From the human T2T-CHM13v2.0 reference genome, Homo sapiens: a DNA stretch of 64,000 nt. The stretch lies in NCBI RefSeq assembly GCF_009914755.1, contig NC_060926.1. One strand, given 5' to 3'. The notes below the pieces were generated by a model that was not told where the DNA came from, made no database searches, and worked only from the letters and a program-made list of their open reading frames with translations. Position 1 is the first letter of the stretch; each line of letters starts with the position of its first letter. Made by a program: the position numbers and the translations under genes. Of this stretch, positions 47,107 through 61,110 are shown piece after piece.

Positions 47107-50100
47107 CTGGTAGGAGGAGTTAGATAACAGGCCACTCTGATTCCTGGATATACTTACATCCTGGCTAATTTGGGGCCTAAGTGTTGCTGGTGAGTAGAAT
47201 TAGCCACCTTCCCTTCTACAGTCTATTTGTACCTGCTAATTTGCATGGGACTAAGGGATTGAGACCATTTGTCTGTACCATAAAACTAGCTATAAAAATA
47301 TTTCTGATGAGCTGGAGTAGAATCTGTGGCCAAATTTCAGAAAAAGGGACAAGAAGGAAATATACTACAAGAGGAAGAAGAGTCTGGCAGGCGGTAGGGG
47401 CAGTGTTAGCACAAAGTCCAAGTGGCAGTACAGAGTGGTGGTTACGAACTTGGCGTCTACAGCAGACCTGCCTGCATATGTACCTTGCCCCTCTCCCTAT
47501 TAGATTTATGACCTTGGTCAAGTATGTCACTTCTCCATGTTTCAGTTTCCTCAGCTGTAAAATGGGAAGACAAAAATCCTATGTACCTCAGAGGGTTGTT
47601 GTTAAAATTAGATGAGTTAAAGTGCATAAAGAACTTCCTGACCAACAGACAACACTTAGTGTCTGGCAACTATTCTTAGTAAACATAACACTGAGTGTGA
47701 GAGAGAGAAAGTTGTTCTTGTTTGGTAGGAAAGTCTCTGCCTGTCCATTAGACCTCAGCACAAATGACCAGTTTAACCAGGTCCCTGCCCCTGATGGGCT
47801 GCAAGTTCCATCCTTTCTGGCAGCAGCACCAGTGATGTGGGCGCTTTTCTGGCAGCACCACTGGTAGTTGCAACCTTCAAAACCAAGACCGGCTGGTGAG
47901 AACAAGGAGATTTAAATGGCACCAGCTTGGACCTGGTGGGGCCAACAGCTTGGCCGTGAGTGGGTACTTCTGATGGGGATGGTAGCAAGTGATGACTAGG
48001 ATGAGTTCATTTTAGCATCCTTGGGGACCCTTGGATATACTTGAGTAAGAAGAGTCTTTTAATGTTGGCATTCCCTGTAAATCAAAGCAGTAGGCACTCA
48101 GAGTAATGAAACTTGGGGGTGTGAATATATATTTGCTACCCCATATGTTCTCACAATCTGGTGAAAATTACATTTTCAAAGTCTTGCTTTCATTGTATAA
48201 TTATCTTGCTCAAAAATTTATAATGGCTTCCTATTGTCCAGTGAAACCCATCCCTAACTACTGCCTTATTTGTCACTTCCATTTCCCAAGCAAATTTATA
48301 CTAGTTGTTCATGCTTTTATTTCCTCATCTCACAATTCAATTGAGTTTCTCTTCAGCCTCTCGGGAAATAGTACTCACTAAGGCCATGTCTTAGCTCTGA
48401 TCTCCTTGATTTTGTAATTACATTTCACAGGTAGAATGCTCCTTCTTTTTGAGATACTCTCTTTCTTGGCGTCATATTCTCCTTGACATATTTTCCTCTG
48501 ACATCTCCGTTGACTTCTTTCTGATGCTTTTGTTTTACTTCTATCTGTTCTTTAAATATTAGTATATCTTTATACCTAGACCCCTTCTGACTATACCCAA
48601 TCTTTTCAGGTGATCTCATTCATTCCCTTAGTTTCAGATACCAGGCATGTGCTGATGGCTTCCAAAATGTGTGTCCCCATTCAGATCCTACTCCTGAGCT
48701 CCAGGTCCACATAATCAGTTGTTCTTTGAACTCCACCATTTTGATGACTTGCATCAAAACTGAAGTTACCATCTTTCTTGTAAATATGTTCCTCCTTGTT
48801 TTTTCCATCTCAGCAAATGACTCTTCCAGTTTCCCCTGTTTTTCATAATGGAAACCTGGGTGCCATCCTTGACTCCCTCATGGGACATCAGTGTCTTGTT
48901 CTCTCAAGCCTAACTTTTAAATGTGTTTCAAATCAGCCTACTTCCCTCCTCTCCTGTGACTTTGGTCTAAGTCACCACAATCTCTGCCTAGACAAATGCA
49001 AAGGTCTTATAACTGCCCTCATGACCATCTATTGCAATCTTAGTACTGCAGATATAAAAAATGCCTATTAGATTGTGACTTCCTGCTTAAGACCCTTTAA
49101 TGACTCCCCATTGCTCTTAGGATGAAGGACAAGTCACTGTATACAGTGTGTTGATCATTTGCCTCTTTTCTCCCACATCCATGTTATGCCCTTCTCTACG
49201 CTCTTCTCTGTGTTGCAGGAAGGATGATCCCTGCAGTTCCATTTCCCAGGTACCACCTTATCAATCAGCTTTCAATTGGGTTTAGCAAATGGCACTAGTG
49301 GGATACTGGAGAATAGGTAAAAGTGCAAATCTCATCCCTTCTCTGTCTCAGGCAGCAACTGAGTCTTCTCTGTGACTTCAGCTCTTGTTGAACAGATCCT
49401 TGGAGGATCCAGCTTCTACCAGTTGCCCCAGTTCCTGGACATCAGTAAGATGACTTCCTCATTTGTTCCTCAAGTCCTAGGGTTAGTAGTGGTTACTATT
49501 GCCAATCTCTGGACTACTGATCCCCTGTTTGATGTTCAGGAAGATTTACATTTTCAGAACAATTACCTTTGTTAGGTGTGTGTGCATTTGTATGTGTGTG
49601 TATTTTATACATAGTCCCCTCTTTGTTAGCTGTCAATTAGATCAAATCTCCTATATACTTACTGATTTTTTTGCTTCTTTGTTCTATCACTACTGAGAAA
49701 ATTATAATGAAATCTCCAACAATGATTTTGGATTTGTATAGTTCTAGTTTTGTCAATTTTTGCCTTTTATATGTTTGATGACTTTTTAAGGCTCATACAA
49801 ATTTATACATTTTATGCCTTCCTGGTAACTTTCTGTATCTCTAGTAATAATTGTCTCCTAGCTCGCTGAAAGTTTCTTCTTATTTGCTGGTTCCTCCATG
49901 ACCTCCAACTTTAGGAGTGCCAATGAACTCAGTGCCTAGACTTCTTTTCTCAATCTTCACTTACTCTGCAGATAAGCTTATCCAGTCTTATGACATAAAC
50001 ACAATTTATATGCTGATGGCGCTAAAATTTGTATTTCTGGGTTGCTTCTTTTTCTTGAACCCCAGAGTCATATTCAATTGCCTCCTTATAATCTCCACTT

Positions 50101-50960
50101 AGTTGTCTAATATGCAGGTCAGACTTTGGATAATAAAAATGGCCTTCCTGATATTTTCTGAAAATCTGTTCCACCTTTCCAGTTGTTCATGCAAAAACTT
50201 TGATGCCTACCTGGACTCCTCTCTTTCTCTCATACCCTATATCAAAACTCTCAGAAAAACTTCTTGACTTTTTATACCACATACATCTGGAATCTAATTA
50301 CTTCTCACAACACTCATTGCTATCACCACAAGGTAAACGTTCTGGTGGTCCAGGGCATCTTGTCTAGCTCCCTCCCTATTATGATTCTTCAGATTTGGGG
50401 TCCCTGGAGATCAGAGTCTGGTCCATGAACCCTTGTCTCTTTGATGAATCTTTGATCTCTGCTGCTGTCTCTGCCTTCTCTCCATTTATACTTCCCATTG
50501 TTTTAGAGATTTCCAACTTTTTTCTTTGCTACAGGAGATCTTTCTGGTTTCTCTCTTTTGGCAACGCCTCTTCTAGCCAGTTCTGTTAGTGACACTTGCC
50601 CTGTTTTCTGTGACTGAGTTCTTATCTGTCATTTGGGTTCCTCTTTTTTTCTCAAATGTGGAAAGAACAAAGGTTGAGACCCAACTCCCTGTTTTGTCTA
50701 TAACAATTCAGAACTCCCTCCAAGAAATGAGATTAAAAAAAACATTTTAGAAGTCCTTTAGGAACAATTTAGACCAAGACCATCATTGCCTCTCATGAAC
50801 ATTTTTCACATTTTTCAAAACGAGCAATACAAAGCAGGTTATTTTTCTTGATTATGTCTCCCCCTTGAGTTTACAGTATAAAAATTGGATTAATTGAAGA
50901 TTCTAAAGAGAAACAAATTTTTATACTCCATGGAATATCATCCCATTATCTCATATACTC

Positions 50961-51518
50961 TGTGGTAGATTAAAGATGACTGCAAATTCTTTTACACTCT
51001 TTCCCATTGCGGGTCTATTTGTTCTCCCCTTGAATCTGGGCAGAACTGTGATGTCTTCGGATAAAAGAATATGATAGAAATGTTGCTATTCATTATAGAT
51101 CTAGCCTTTAAGAGCACTGACATCTTCTACATTGGTCTTAACAGAGTCTTCAGCTGCCATGAAAGATCTCTGAATACCTTAAGGCTGCCATATTGGTAAA
51201 AGCCTAAACCATGCAGACAGGTCCTGGAGAATGAGAACCCGTATGGACAGAGTTAGAGAAGACACCACACACACACACACACACGCACACGCACATGCAC
51301 ATGCAAATGCACACACACACCCAATAAACACAGATGTGTGAGGCACATAAGTGATGGGGACTACTTGGAAGTGGACCCCCCGCCCCGCAGTCAGCCGCCT
51401 GAGCTGACATTGCATGGATCAGGGCCAGCCATCCAAATGTCTGACACAAAATTGTGAGCAAAATGGAATGGTTGTTTTAAGCCATTAAATTTTAATGAGG
51501 CAATAGAGAACCAAAACA
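50961..51518 (+). mobile_element. MaLR solo LTR (MLT1G/H-like) with internal (CA)n tract
   Basis: TGtggtagattaaagatg...ttttaagccattaaattt...aaccaaaaCA. 5-bp TSD tactc/aactc. Confidence 0.75.
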
Positions 51519-53067
51519 AACTCCACTGAGGTCTCCATAATGTTTAACAGTTGAAGAAGTATTTTTTCCTTGAAAACCAGTAAGAGTGCGATAGCATTAT
51601 AGTCTGTATACTTTCTGCCTCTTTTACCACTGACTATCTTTTGCTTTATGTACTAGCTATTTGTATTTTATCTCTCCTTGAAGGTATAAGGCTCTCGCAT
51701 TCTCAGCGGTGCCTTTCATGTAGTGAGTACCCAGAAACTTATTGCTTTGTTAGAAGATATACTGGGGAGTGACATTGGAGAAGGATTAGGAAAGGAAATA
51801 GACAGATCACCCCAGCCAACTGTGATGTTCTCCGACTTCCAGAAATTGCAGAATATTGCACCTTGTGTTATGTCTTCTATTGTTTCCTATGGTTGTCTTT
51901 TCATGTATGTTTGTTTGTCTCCTCAGCCAGATTTCAAGTGCCCTGAGAGCAGGCTTTTGTGTTCTGTATCATTTCTGGCATAGATTTGGGCTCATGAAAT
52001 CTATTGAGTAAGTAGTTGTCTGATAAGCAGACATGACTCAGCATTGTAATAAAAATGAGAGGCTGGAGAAAATTTTACAAAAGAGCTAATTCTAAGGGGA
52101 GATGAATGAAAGGCAGACCGAGAAATCCAGAAATCTAGACTTAAAGTGAGCTCAGGAAAATGGTGCTTCTGCAGCAGGTAAGTATATGTGGCTGAGAATA
52201 TAAAAGTTACCAAGAAAGGGAGCAACCTTGTGCAATGCCAACAAGAAGACAGACATGCCTTGGGGAGTAAGCAGAATGATACACTGGGTAGATTGACTTG
52301 AATGCAATCCAGTGTTTAGGTGTTAGATTGGGAAGCCTCCTTGGTAAACTTCATTGCCTTTCCGTTGCTCACTGTTCTGGAGCTAGCTTGTTATTTTGGA
52401 TTCCTTCTTATCACGGCTACAAGACATATGTGCTGCTGCCATTTGCACATGGTGGCTTTGATGCTGTGAGACGAAGGCATCTTGTCAGTGCCCTGGGATT
52501 GAGATCTTTCATTGGTGGATGTTGAAGGAGGGAGCTCTTGGTAAGAAAGAGGCAAAGTCACTTAAAGTTCAGTAAAGCAAATTTTTAAGCAAAAGTGGTT
52601 CCTGGATGACAGGGAAATAAAAGTCTTTGTGGAGGTGTTTACTTAAAGCTTACTGTCTGAAGTGATCAAACATGGAACCTGTCAAGACTTCCAAATTTTG
52701 AACTGACAGAAAATACAACATATCTCTAGTATCTCCATGGATTAAGAAAATTCCATAGAAATTTATATTAGCCAGGGACAAAGATGAGATAAGTAGATCT
52801 TGTTCAGATCTTGGCTAGAGACTTAACTATAGTATATTCCCTTTTTTGCTCTGTTCTCCTAAAACATACACACACACTCATACACACACAGGTCTATTTG
52901 TTGGCTACAGTTCTTCTGCATGGCCTAAAAATCAGATGTTTGATTTTAATTCCTTTATGAAAACACTCTCCATTTTTATGATGCAAATATACATGGGCGT
53001 GGGTGGGGGGTAGTAACAAAAAAAGACATCAGTTATTCACATCTTCATGGGAGTACATTATTGTGAC

Positions 53068-55187
53068 CACGATAGTTAATTTTAGGTGTCAACTTGAGGG
53101 GATTAAAGAATATTCAGATAGTTGGTAAAGCACTATTTCTGGGTGTCTGAGGGTATTTCCAGAAGAGATTGGTATGTGAATCCATGGATTGAGTAAGGAA
53201 GATATGCCCTCACCCAGAAGCTGGGTACCCCTTCTTCTCCTACTTTTAGACATCAGAACTCCAGGTTCTCAGGCTTTTGGACTCAGGGATTTGTACCAGT
53301 TTCCCTCCCCCACCCCCTTGGATTCTCAGGACTTTGACTTCAGACTCAGAGTTATACCATCAATTTCCCTGGTTCTCAGGCCTCTTCCCAATCCAACACC
53401 TGAACACTGGATGGTGTTCAAGTCAGTCCACCCAATGTATCATTCTACTTACTCCCCAGTGCATGTCTGTCTCCTTGTTGACACAGGCACGTCAGGCCTC
53501 TTGCTTGGACTGAGAATTAGATGGCCTCCCCGGTTCTGAAGCTTTCAAGTTTGGACCAAGCCATGCTATAGCTTCCCTGGTTCTCCAGCTTGCAGATAGC
53601 CTATCATGGACTCCTCAGCCTCCATAGCCATGTGAGCCAATGTCCCTAAGAAATCTCCTCTTCTCTTATTTCCTCGAGCAGTGGTTCACAGTTCTCCTTG
53701 AAGAGGTCCTTCACATCCCTTGTAAGTTGTATTCCTAGGTATTTTTATTCTCTCTGTAGCAATTGTGAATGGGAGTTTGCTCATGATTTGGCCCTCTGTT
53801 TGTCTATTATTGGTGTATAGGAATGCTTGTGATTTTTGCACATTGATTTTGTATCCTGAGACTTTGCTGAAGTTGCTTATCAGCTTAAGGAGATTTGGGG
53901 CAGAGATGATGGGGTTTTCTAAATATACAATCATGTCATCCGCAAACGGACAATCTGACTTCCTCTCTTCCTATTTGAATACCTTTTATTTCTTTCTCTT
54001 GCCTGATTGTCCTGGCCAGAACTTCCAACACTGTGTTGAATAGGAGTGGTGAGAGAGGGCATCTTTGTCTTGTGCCAGTTTTCAAAGGAAATGCTTCCAG
54101 TTTTTGCCCATTCAGTATGATATTGGCTGCGAGTTTGTCATAAATAGCTCTTATTATTTTGAGATACGGTCCATCAATACCTAGATTATTGAGACTTTTT
54201 AGCATGAAGTGGTGTTGAATTTTGTCGAAGGCATTTTCTGCATCTATTGAGATAATCATATGGTTTTTGTCATTGGTTCTGTTTATGTGATGGATTATGT
54301 TTATTGATTTGTGTATTTTGAACCAGCCTTGCATCCCAGGGATGAAGCTGACTTGATCGTGGTGGATAAGCTTTTTGATGTGCTGCTGGATTCAGTTTGT
54401 CAGTATTTCATTGAGGATTTTCGCATCGATGTTCATCAGGGATATTGGCCTGAAATTTTTCTTTTTCTTGTCTCTGCCAGGTTTTGGTATCAGGATGATG
54501 CTGCCTCACAAAATGAGTTAGAGAGGAGTCCCTCTTTTTCTATCGTTTGGAATAGTTTCAGAAGGAATGGTACCAGCTCCTTTTTGTACCTCTGGTAGAA
54601 TTTGGCTGTGAATCTGTCTGGTCCTGGGCTTTTTTTGGTTGGTAGGCTATTAGTTACTGCCTCAATTTCTGAACTTGTTATTGGTCTATTCAGGGATTCA
54701 TCTTCTTCCTGGATTAGTCTTGGAATGGTGTATGTGTCCAGGAATTTATCCATTTCTTTTACATTTTTTAGTTTATTTGCATAGAGGTGTTTATAGTATT
54801 CTCTGATGGTAGTTTGTATTTCTGTGGGATCAGTGGTGATATCTCCTTTATCATTTTTTATTGTGTTTATTTGATTCTTCTCTCTTTTATTCTTCATTAG
54901 TCTGGCTAGCAGTCTGTTTATTTTGTTATTCTCTTCCAAAAGCCAGCTCCTGGATTTACTGACGTTTTTGAGGGGTTTTTCGTGTCTCTGTCTCCTTCAG
55001 TTATACCTAATGTAGATGATGGGTTGATGGGTGCAGCAAACCACCATGGCACGTGTACACCTATGTAACAAACCTGCATGTTCTGCACATGTATCCCAGA
55101 ACTTAAAATATAATAATAATAATAAAATCCCCTCTCCTCTCTCTCTCTCTCTCTCGTTTCTGTCTTTGAATAACCTTGACTAATACA
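53068..55187 (+). mobile_element. ERVL solo LTR (MLT2-like), split by an L1 insertion at about 53660-55125
   Basis: gatagttaattttaggtgtcaacttga start and ccttgactaataCA end. 5-bp TSD gtgac/atgac. Confidence 0.8.
53660..55125 (+). mobile_element. 5'-inverted L1 (about L1PA7): antisense ORF2 segment 53660-55002 plus sense 3' end 55003-55125
   Basis: Minus-strand ORF2 ORFs 53686-54939 are fused to plus-strand atacctaatgtagatgatgggttgatgggtgcagcaaaccacc...acttaaaatataat and a (TAA)n tail. TSD aaatc(t/c)cctct. Confidence 0.92.
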
Positions 55188-57175
55188 ATGACTATTTGCT
55201 AAAGATAGGCTTAGAGAGAGGCCCAGAACATAAATCATGGCACAGTGAGGGAGGGTTATTTAGAATAGTTATTCTGGGCAATCATACTTGGAGGAGTAAA
55301 GGGAACCATGGGACGGGATTAGATCTCTGAGCCTTGATAGTCATGCAGAAGAGTTTAGGATTTATATGAGCAGAAGAATGGTTTATTCAAAGCTGGATTT
55401 TTGTAAGATTAGTCTTGAGAACCTTGATACCAGCATATGGTGGGTGTTCAATAAATAGTTGGTAAACTAATGGAAGGGGAAAGGACTGAGGGTAGGAAGG
55501 GGACAACGTGGCTTTTGCAGAAATTCAGGCCTAGGATGACAGAGGCTGTCTCCTCCCACACTATCACTTCACGTGTTAAAAGTCATTGTGTGACATGATG
55601 ACAAGGGTTTATTAGGCATCTGCTGTATATTACTATAGCCATTTGTGAAAATTTCTGCAGTGCTCATTGTACTGGGGAGTAACATTCATCCCTTGGCCAG
55701 ATGCATTACAGTAGGTACTGTTTTCTGTTTTCACATATATTTCTTACCCCTTGCCAGACACACAGTAGGTGTTTAATCAACATCCACTAAATGTATGTCA
55801 TGTAAGACTTGATGCCCTCAATGAGTGCTTGAGAATGTTTACTTTATTCCTGCCCTTGTGCCTGGAACTGGTGGGCTGGACAAGCGGGGAGGGGTAGTTG
55901 TGGACTGGTGTTTTTAAACTTTATCTTTCAGGCTGGTCTCTTCTAATGATTTTGGTCTTTCTTTTAAAAATATCACTTTTAACATTGCAACACATGCTAT
56001 ATTCAGATAGTGAGTAGTTTTGAGAATTTAAATCTTGAAAAGACCAGTGGATACCCCATGGGATTATGACTTGCACAGAAGAGACTTAGTAATTTAAAAT
56101 TGTTTCCACATTGTTAGTACTCTTCATTTTGAGATACAGAGTAGCAAGAGAGACTGCATGGGTAGGAGGGTAGTAAGAGGCTGAGGCAGGAGAGGCAGGA
56201 GTTAAAAAGCACTCTGTGCCCCATTTAATAAAGTGTGTTATAGCCAGTGCCACAAATTTGATTTGAACAATTTCTATTTTTCCCAGCAAAGATGTTATTA
56301 CAGGTCAATCATTTCCATAAGTGAGAGCACATTTCTGGTGTATACTACACTGACAGATGGCTAGAAGACCTCTCTTTCATGATCCCAGGCTGGATAAAAA
56401 GGCAATTTACTATCTATAGGACTGTGGGTACACTGGTAATGGAAGAGAACCATTCTTATACAAATAACTCAGTGTTTGAATCTGAACTATCAAATGAATC
56501 TGAGCTATAGCCAAATCAATTTGATAAACCATCAGAATATGATTGTACTGGCTCCAGCCTGCAAAGGCAATGCATTAAATTTTCCCCACAGGAAACTGTT
56601 TCCCAAAGAAACAGCAATTGTTCGATTGCTTAAAAAAAAACAACCTTGAGTGAGTTCAGAATATCAGGTAAAAACTCAGATGGCTGCTGATGTTCAAGGT
56701 CAAGACTCACAAGGGGGAAATGAGGATGCTGAGCTGCTCCTCTGAAACTCGATGAAACTTGTTTGTATGCCCCTGGCTTTCTCTGCATCTATCTTTCTTT
56801 GTGTGGAACAGTGCACCCTTGCACCCTCAGGTGTTCAGAGGCTCCCTATTCTTCCCTCAACTACAAATTTTGCCTTCAGGAAAGCAGCTATCATCAGTTT
56901 GAGTGTGTGCCCCTTAATTTTCTTAGAATTCCTTGCATATATCCACTGGAGAAAAAGGACTGAGCCAGTGAGGGAGGAAGATTCACCACATTTGGCTTGT
57001 GGAGGAGATATTTTGGAGACTGAGCAAGGCTTCCCAATTCCCAATATTGGTCCTAGGGCAGTAATTCTCAGAGAGCACTCTGGACAAGCAGCATCAGTTT
57101 CACTAGGAAGATGTTAGAGATACAAGTTATCAGGCCTCAACCCTGACCTACTGAATCAAAAATTCTAAAGGTGGG

Positions 57176-57444
57176 AGCTGGGTGTTATGACTCACGCCTG
57201 TAATTCCAGTGCTTTGGGAGTCCAAGGCAGGAGAATAACTTGAGGCCAGGAGTTTGAGATCAGCCTTGGCAACATAGTGAGACCCTGTCTCTGCAACAAA
57301 AAAAATGGCCAGGTGTGGTGGTGCACGCTTGTAGTCCCAGCTACTCAGAAGGCTGAGGCAGGAGGATCACTAGAGCTCGGGAGTTTAACGCTGCTGTCAG
57401 CTATGATGGCACCACTGCACTCCAGCATGGGTGATTAAAAAAAA
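57176..57444 (+). mobile_element. Alu (J-type) in FSHR intron 8, antisense to the gene
   Basis: Diverged dimeric Alu with shortened 3' end, inserted in a MER5-like remnant. Confidence 0.9.
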
Positions 57445-60400
57445 CCACAAAAACACCCCCCCAAAACCTACTCAACTCTGAACATGCTGCTCTAGGACAA
57501 CTGAGAACCACTCACAGCTGAGGTGGCTCATAGCCGAGTCTACTCTGGGAATTGCCCTCAGCTGACTTTCTCCTCCCCAGGAGTTTGGTTCCTCCCCAGG
57601 GACAGCCTGCACCCAATAATTCTTGATATGGAGGACTTGCCCCTTACCTTAATTCAGTACAACTTTGAAGGACCATCTTAACTCCAGATCTCCCCATGGG
57701 ATCAGCTGAGCCTTTTGTTGCAAATGCATTACCCTGATTCTGCTTCCATCAAGGGTTCCCTGTACATTCTGAGAGCACCCTCCGGTAAACCTCCCGCATG
57801 CAGATATATCACAGTCTTTTTGTGTGTGTGTGTGTGTGTGTGTGGGAGCGGGGACTGCAATCTGACCCAAGGCACAGTCAAGATCAGCATGATTTGCACC
57901 TACTGTGGTCTGAATAGCCTACGCATACTCCTACTCTTACTTCTTAACTCATCACCTGAGGTGGGCTGGTCTACTGCACACCTACACAAGCACCTCTCAG
58001 GCCAGGGTTTAGATGGTTTAGTGTATCTGGATGCAGAAGTGAGATGTGGAATAAGCTATTAGTCTTCTTGCATCTCAGGTCAGCAGGGGGAGAGGCTTGA
58101 AGAACATCTATGGACTGATCTGAAAGCCCCAGAAAGGGGGGCTTGATGTTAAGGTGAACAATTCTTTTGGCCCCAGGGGGAAAAGAGGAAATTCGCAATT
58201 ATAGGCTGGGCTTCCAGCCAGGATCCTGCACTGAGATGGAAATATGTGGGAATGTATTATCACTCTCTACCTTTTTAAGTCATGGGGAGTGCTTCCTAAT
58301 TCCATGGATTTTCTGTAAATTGTATTCCCTTAATTCTAGACAGATGTGTTCCTGTGGTAAGAAGGACAAAACAATGGGCCTATAACTTGAGGACCTTGTA
58401 GAATTGCTTCCGATGCTTTCACAGAGGCTCTCTTCCTGCCTGCGTTCACAGTGGGGCTAGATGGGGGATTCAAGTTTTGTGTTCTCTGTTAAACATTCTT
58501 ATGAGATACATTGTGCAGTATCTTCGCCTGGAATCTGCTTGTGCAACCTCAGGAGATGTTCTTCTGTGCCACGTTTATCTAACATTGACTGGTGTTCTTA
58601 GGCTGGGAGGCTGGTGTTAATAGTTATTTTCCTCTCTATTTTAGCTCACAACCAGTTTCAGGGGGCCTCACCGAATAACTTTTAGATGTTCAATTAAACG
58701 TATTTATGGCAACATGGTATGGTGGGAATACATGGAATGTGAGGCAGAAGACCTAGTTTCTGGTCCAGACTCTGCCCCTTCTAGTTGCAGTGTGATCTTT
58801 AACAGATCACTCTCCTCTGGGTTCTGATTTCTTCAGTTGGATAATGAAGGAGTTGGGGGATCTCATCCAACTTCATTATTCTCGGGAGCAGATAGGTTAA
58901 GATGCTATAGATTCAATATTGTACCTGGTACAGGTCACATATATAAACACACCCATCACTGACATATTCTGCCATGAACAGATAGAGATGCCTTCTTAGG
59001 AACATTCAAAACTTTCAGGGCTTTTTGCTAAGTGAAACTGACATGCTGCTATTGTGGGGATCAAAGACATCAAAAGTACTTGTCAAAATTCATTTGTCTC
59101 CCGAGTACTCTAAGAACAGGGTACATGAACTAAGCAGTACAAGTTTTGAGTACTTTGTATTCTTGAGTACATGGACTATATGCCCAACACTCTCCATTTG
59201 TTAGCCCTGGGTCCTTCCTTGTACTTCATAGATAGATCATGACTTGATATATTAAGTTGTATATTTAATGTATTGCCTGACTCCTCTCTATTCCCACCCC
59301 CAATGAGAATATAAGCTTTCTATGAGGAGGAACTTTCCTTTGTTTCCTGCATGGCACAAGACTGATGCTTAAAAATTTATCTGATGAGTGAAAAAATATT
59401 TATGTGTGTGTGTGTGTTTTATGCTTCAAATAATATTAGGAAATAGGTATTGTTTTCGCCATTTTTTTTAGGTGAGGAAACCAAGGCTTAGAGAGGTAAA
59501 AGAATTGGTCTAAACCAAGGCAGTCTGCTCTGTATCTCCGCTTTAATCACACGGATACTCCATTTGTATAGGTTGCCTATCTCAAGCCAGGCATTCTCGA
59601 ATAATCTTTGAACATGGTCAGGATGATAAATCTACCTTGAAGTGTATATTTCTTCTTCAAAGCAGCAGAATCTCATATATAGATCACAACACACCCTTTA
59701 TCATTAATAATAAATATTTAAAATTCTGACTCTCCATACCAAGTCTAATTCTAGAGGTACACAGGTTCCAGCCTGAAGGAGAATATTAGCTATTTGGTGT
59801 AGACAAAAGTGATGCAGATAGATGGTTGGTCGGTAGGTGGGTAGATAACCACACATGGTAGCCTATGCTAACTGCCAAATAAGAGGTTCAGGCAGGTGGC
59901 TTCTAAATGCCTGACTTGACTTAAGGCAGGCTACATAAGGATCATTCAGTAAAACTGTAGATTTATTAACATGTTTATCTATTGCTCTGCTCACCATTCC
60001 TTCTTGTACCTCATTCTCTCCTTTTGGGTTCCTTTCTTCATCTTGAAGTACTTTTTTCAGTCAGTAAGTGTAGTAGGTCTTGCTTAGAGCCCAGGAACAC
60101 ATTTTTAAAAAGCCTTTTTGTGATTGTGATGCAGATTGTCCCCCCACCAAAGAAGCCTTAAAGGCCATGAGAGCCACGGGAAGAAGTCACTGATGGCGAG
60201 GTTGTCAGAGAGACTTGAGGAGGTAGAGGACTTTGGAATGATGCTTGATGGAAGGGGCAGTGTAGGTAAGAAGAGAAGATGGGAAAGTCACTTTTGGAGG
60301 GAAAGATGGAAGTAAGGAAATGACAAGAGGGAGGGGTGCTGATGCAGGGCTGTGAGGCACGGAATGCATCCCAAGGGATTTGGAAAGAGGATCCAAAAAT

Positions 60401-60923
60401 AATGTGTATATAGGTCTCATTGGGTTGAAGGAACCTCCTGAGTGTTGAGGATGATGGAGAATTGTGCTTTCCTTTCCAGGGAAGAGACACATGATCGAGT
60501 GGTTGTGGGTCTGTACCATGAGTTAGATCAGTTTAAATCCCTGCTGTAACTCTTGTATAACCTTGAGTGGGTGAATTAACCTCTCCAGGGAAGCCAGTTT
60601 TTCCTTCTGTAAAACGGGAATAATAGCTCCTACCACAGGGGGTGATTATAAGGATTAAACAAGAAAATGCATCTTAACTTCTGAGAACGCCATCTGACAC
60701 TCTGTACGTGCTCATTACATGTTATTATTAGTGTTGCTTTTTAATGGAGAGTTAGACCGTGGATAAGCCTTAAATTGTCTCTATAAATTTTTGCAGATGA
60801 CACGAATAAAAATTGAACTTGATGGCCAGCCCTGTGTTGGAAGCTTCTCCCCTAGCTGCAGAGAGTTGACTTCTAACTTACACAAACTGAGCTCTTACAC
60901 ACAGAAATGGGGAAAGCTACTCA

Positions 60924-61106
<183 letters not shown>

Positions 61107-61110
61107 TTAC

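Noticed and set aside
47152-47252. Consensus donor GAT|GTAAGT at 47157 with possible 75- or 93-nt exons
   Set aside because: Weak acceptors and an early TAG in the FSHR frame. No LRR character.
55748-55849. Second AG...GT interval of 102 nt in intron 8
   Set aside because: Purine-rich acceptor and an in-frame TGA in phase 2. The 47005-47106 candidate fits far better.
56477-56508. Short local duplications (also near 14527, 20843, 28210 and 30921)
   Set aside because: 10-20 bp slippage duplicates at background frequency, with no associated structure.
59071-59172. CRISPR-like repeat-spacer array
   Set aside because: Repeats are only 4-6 bp, the context is a human intron, and there are no cas genes.
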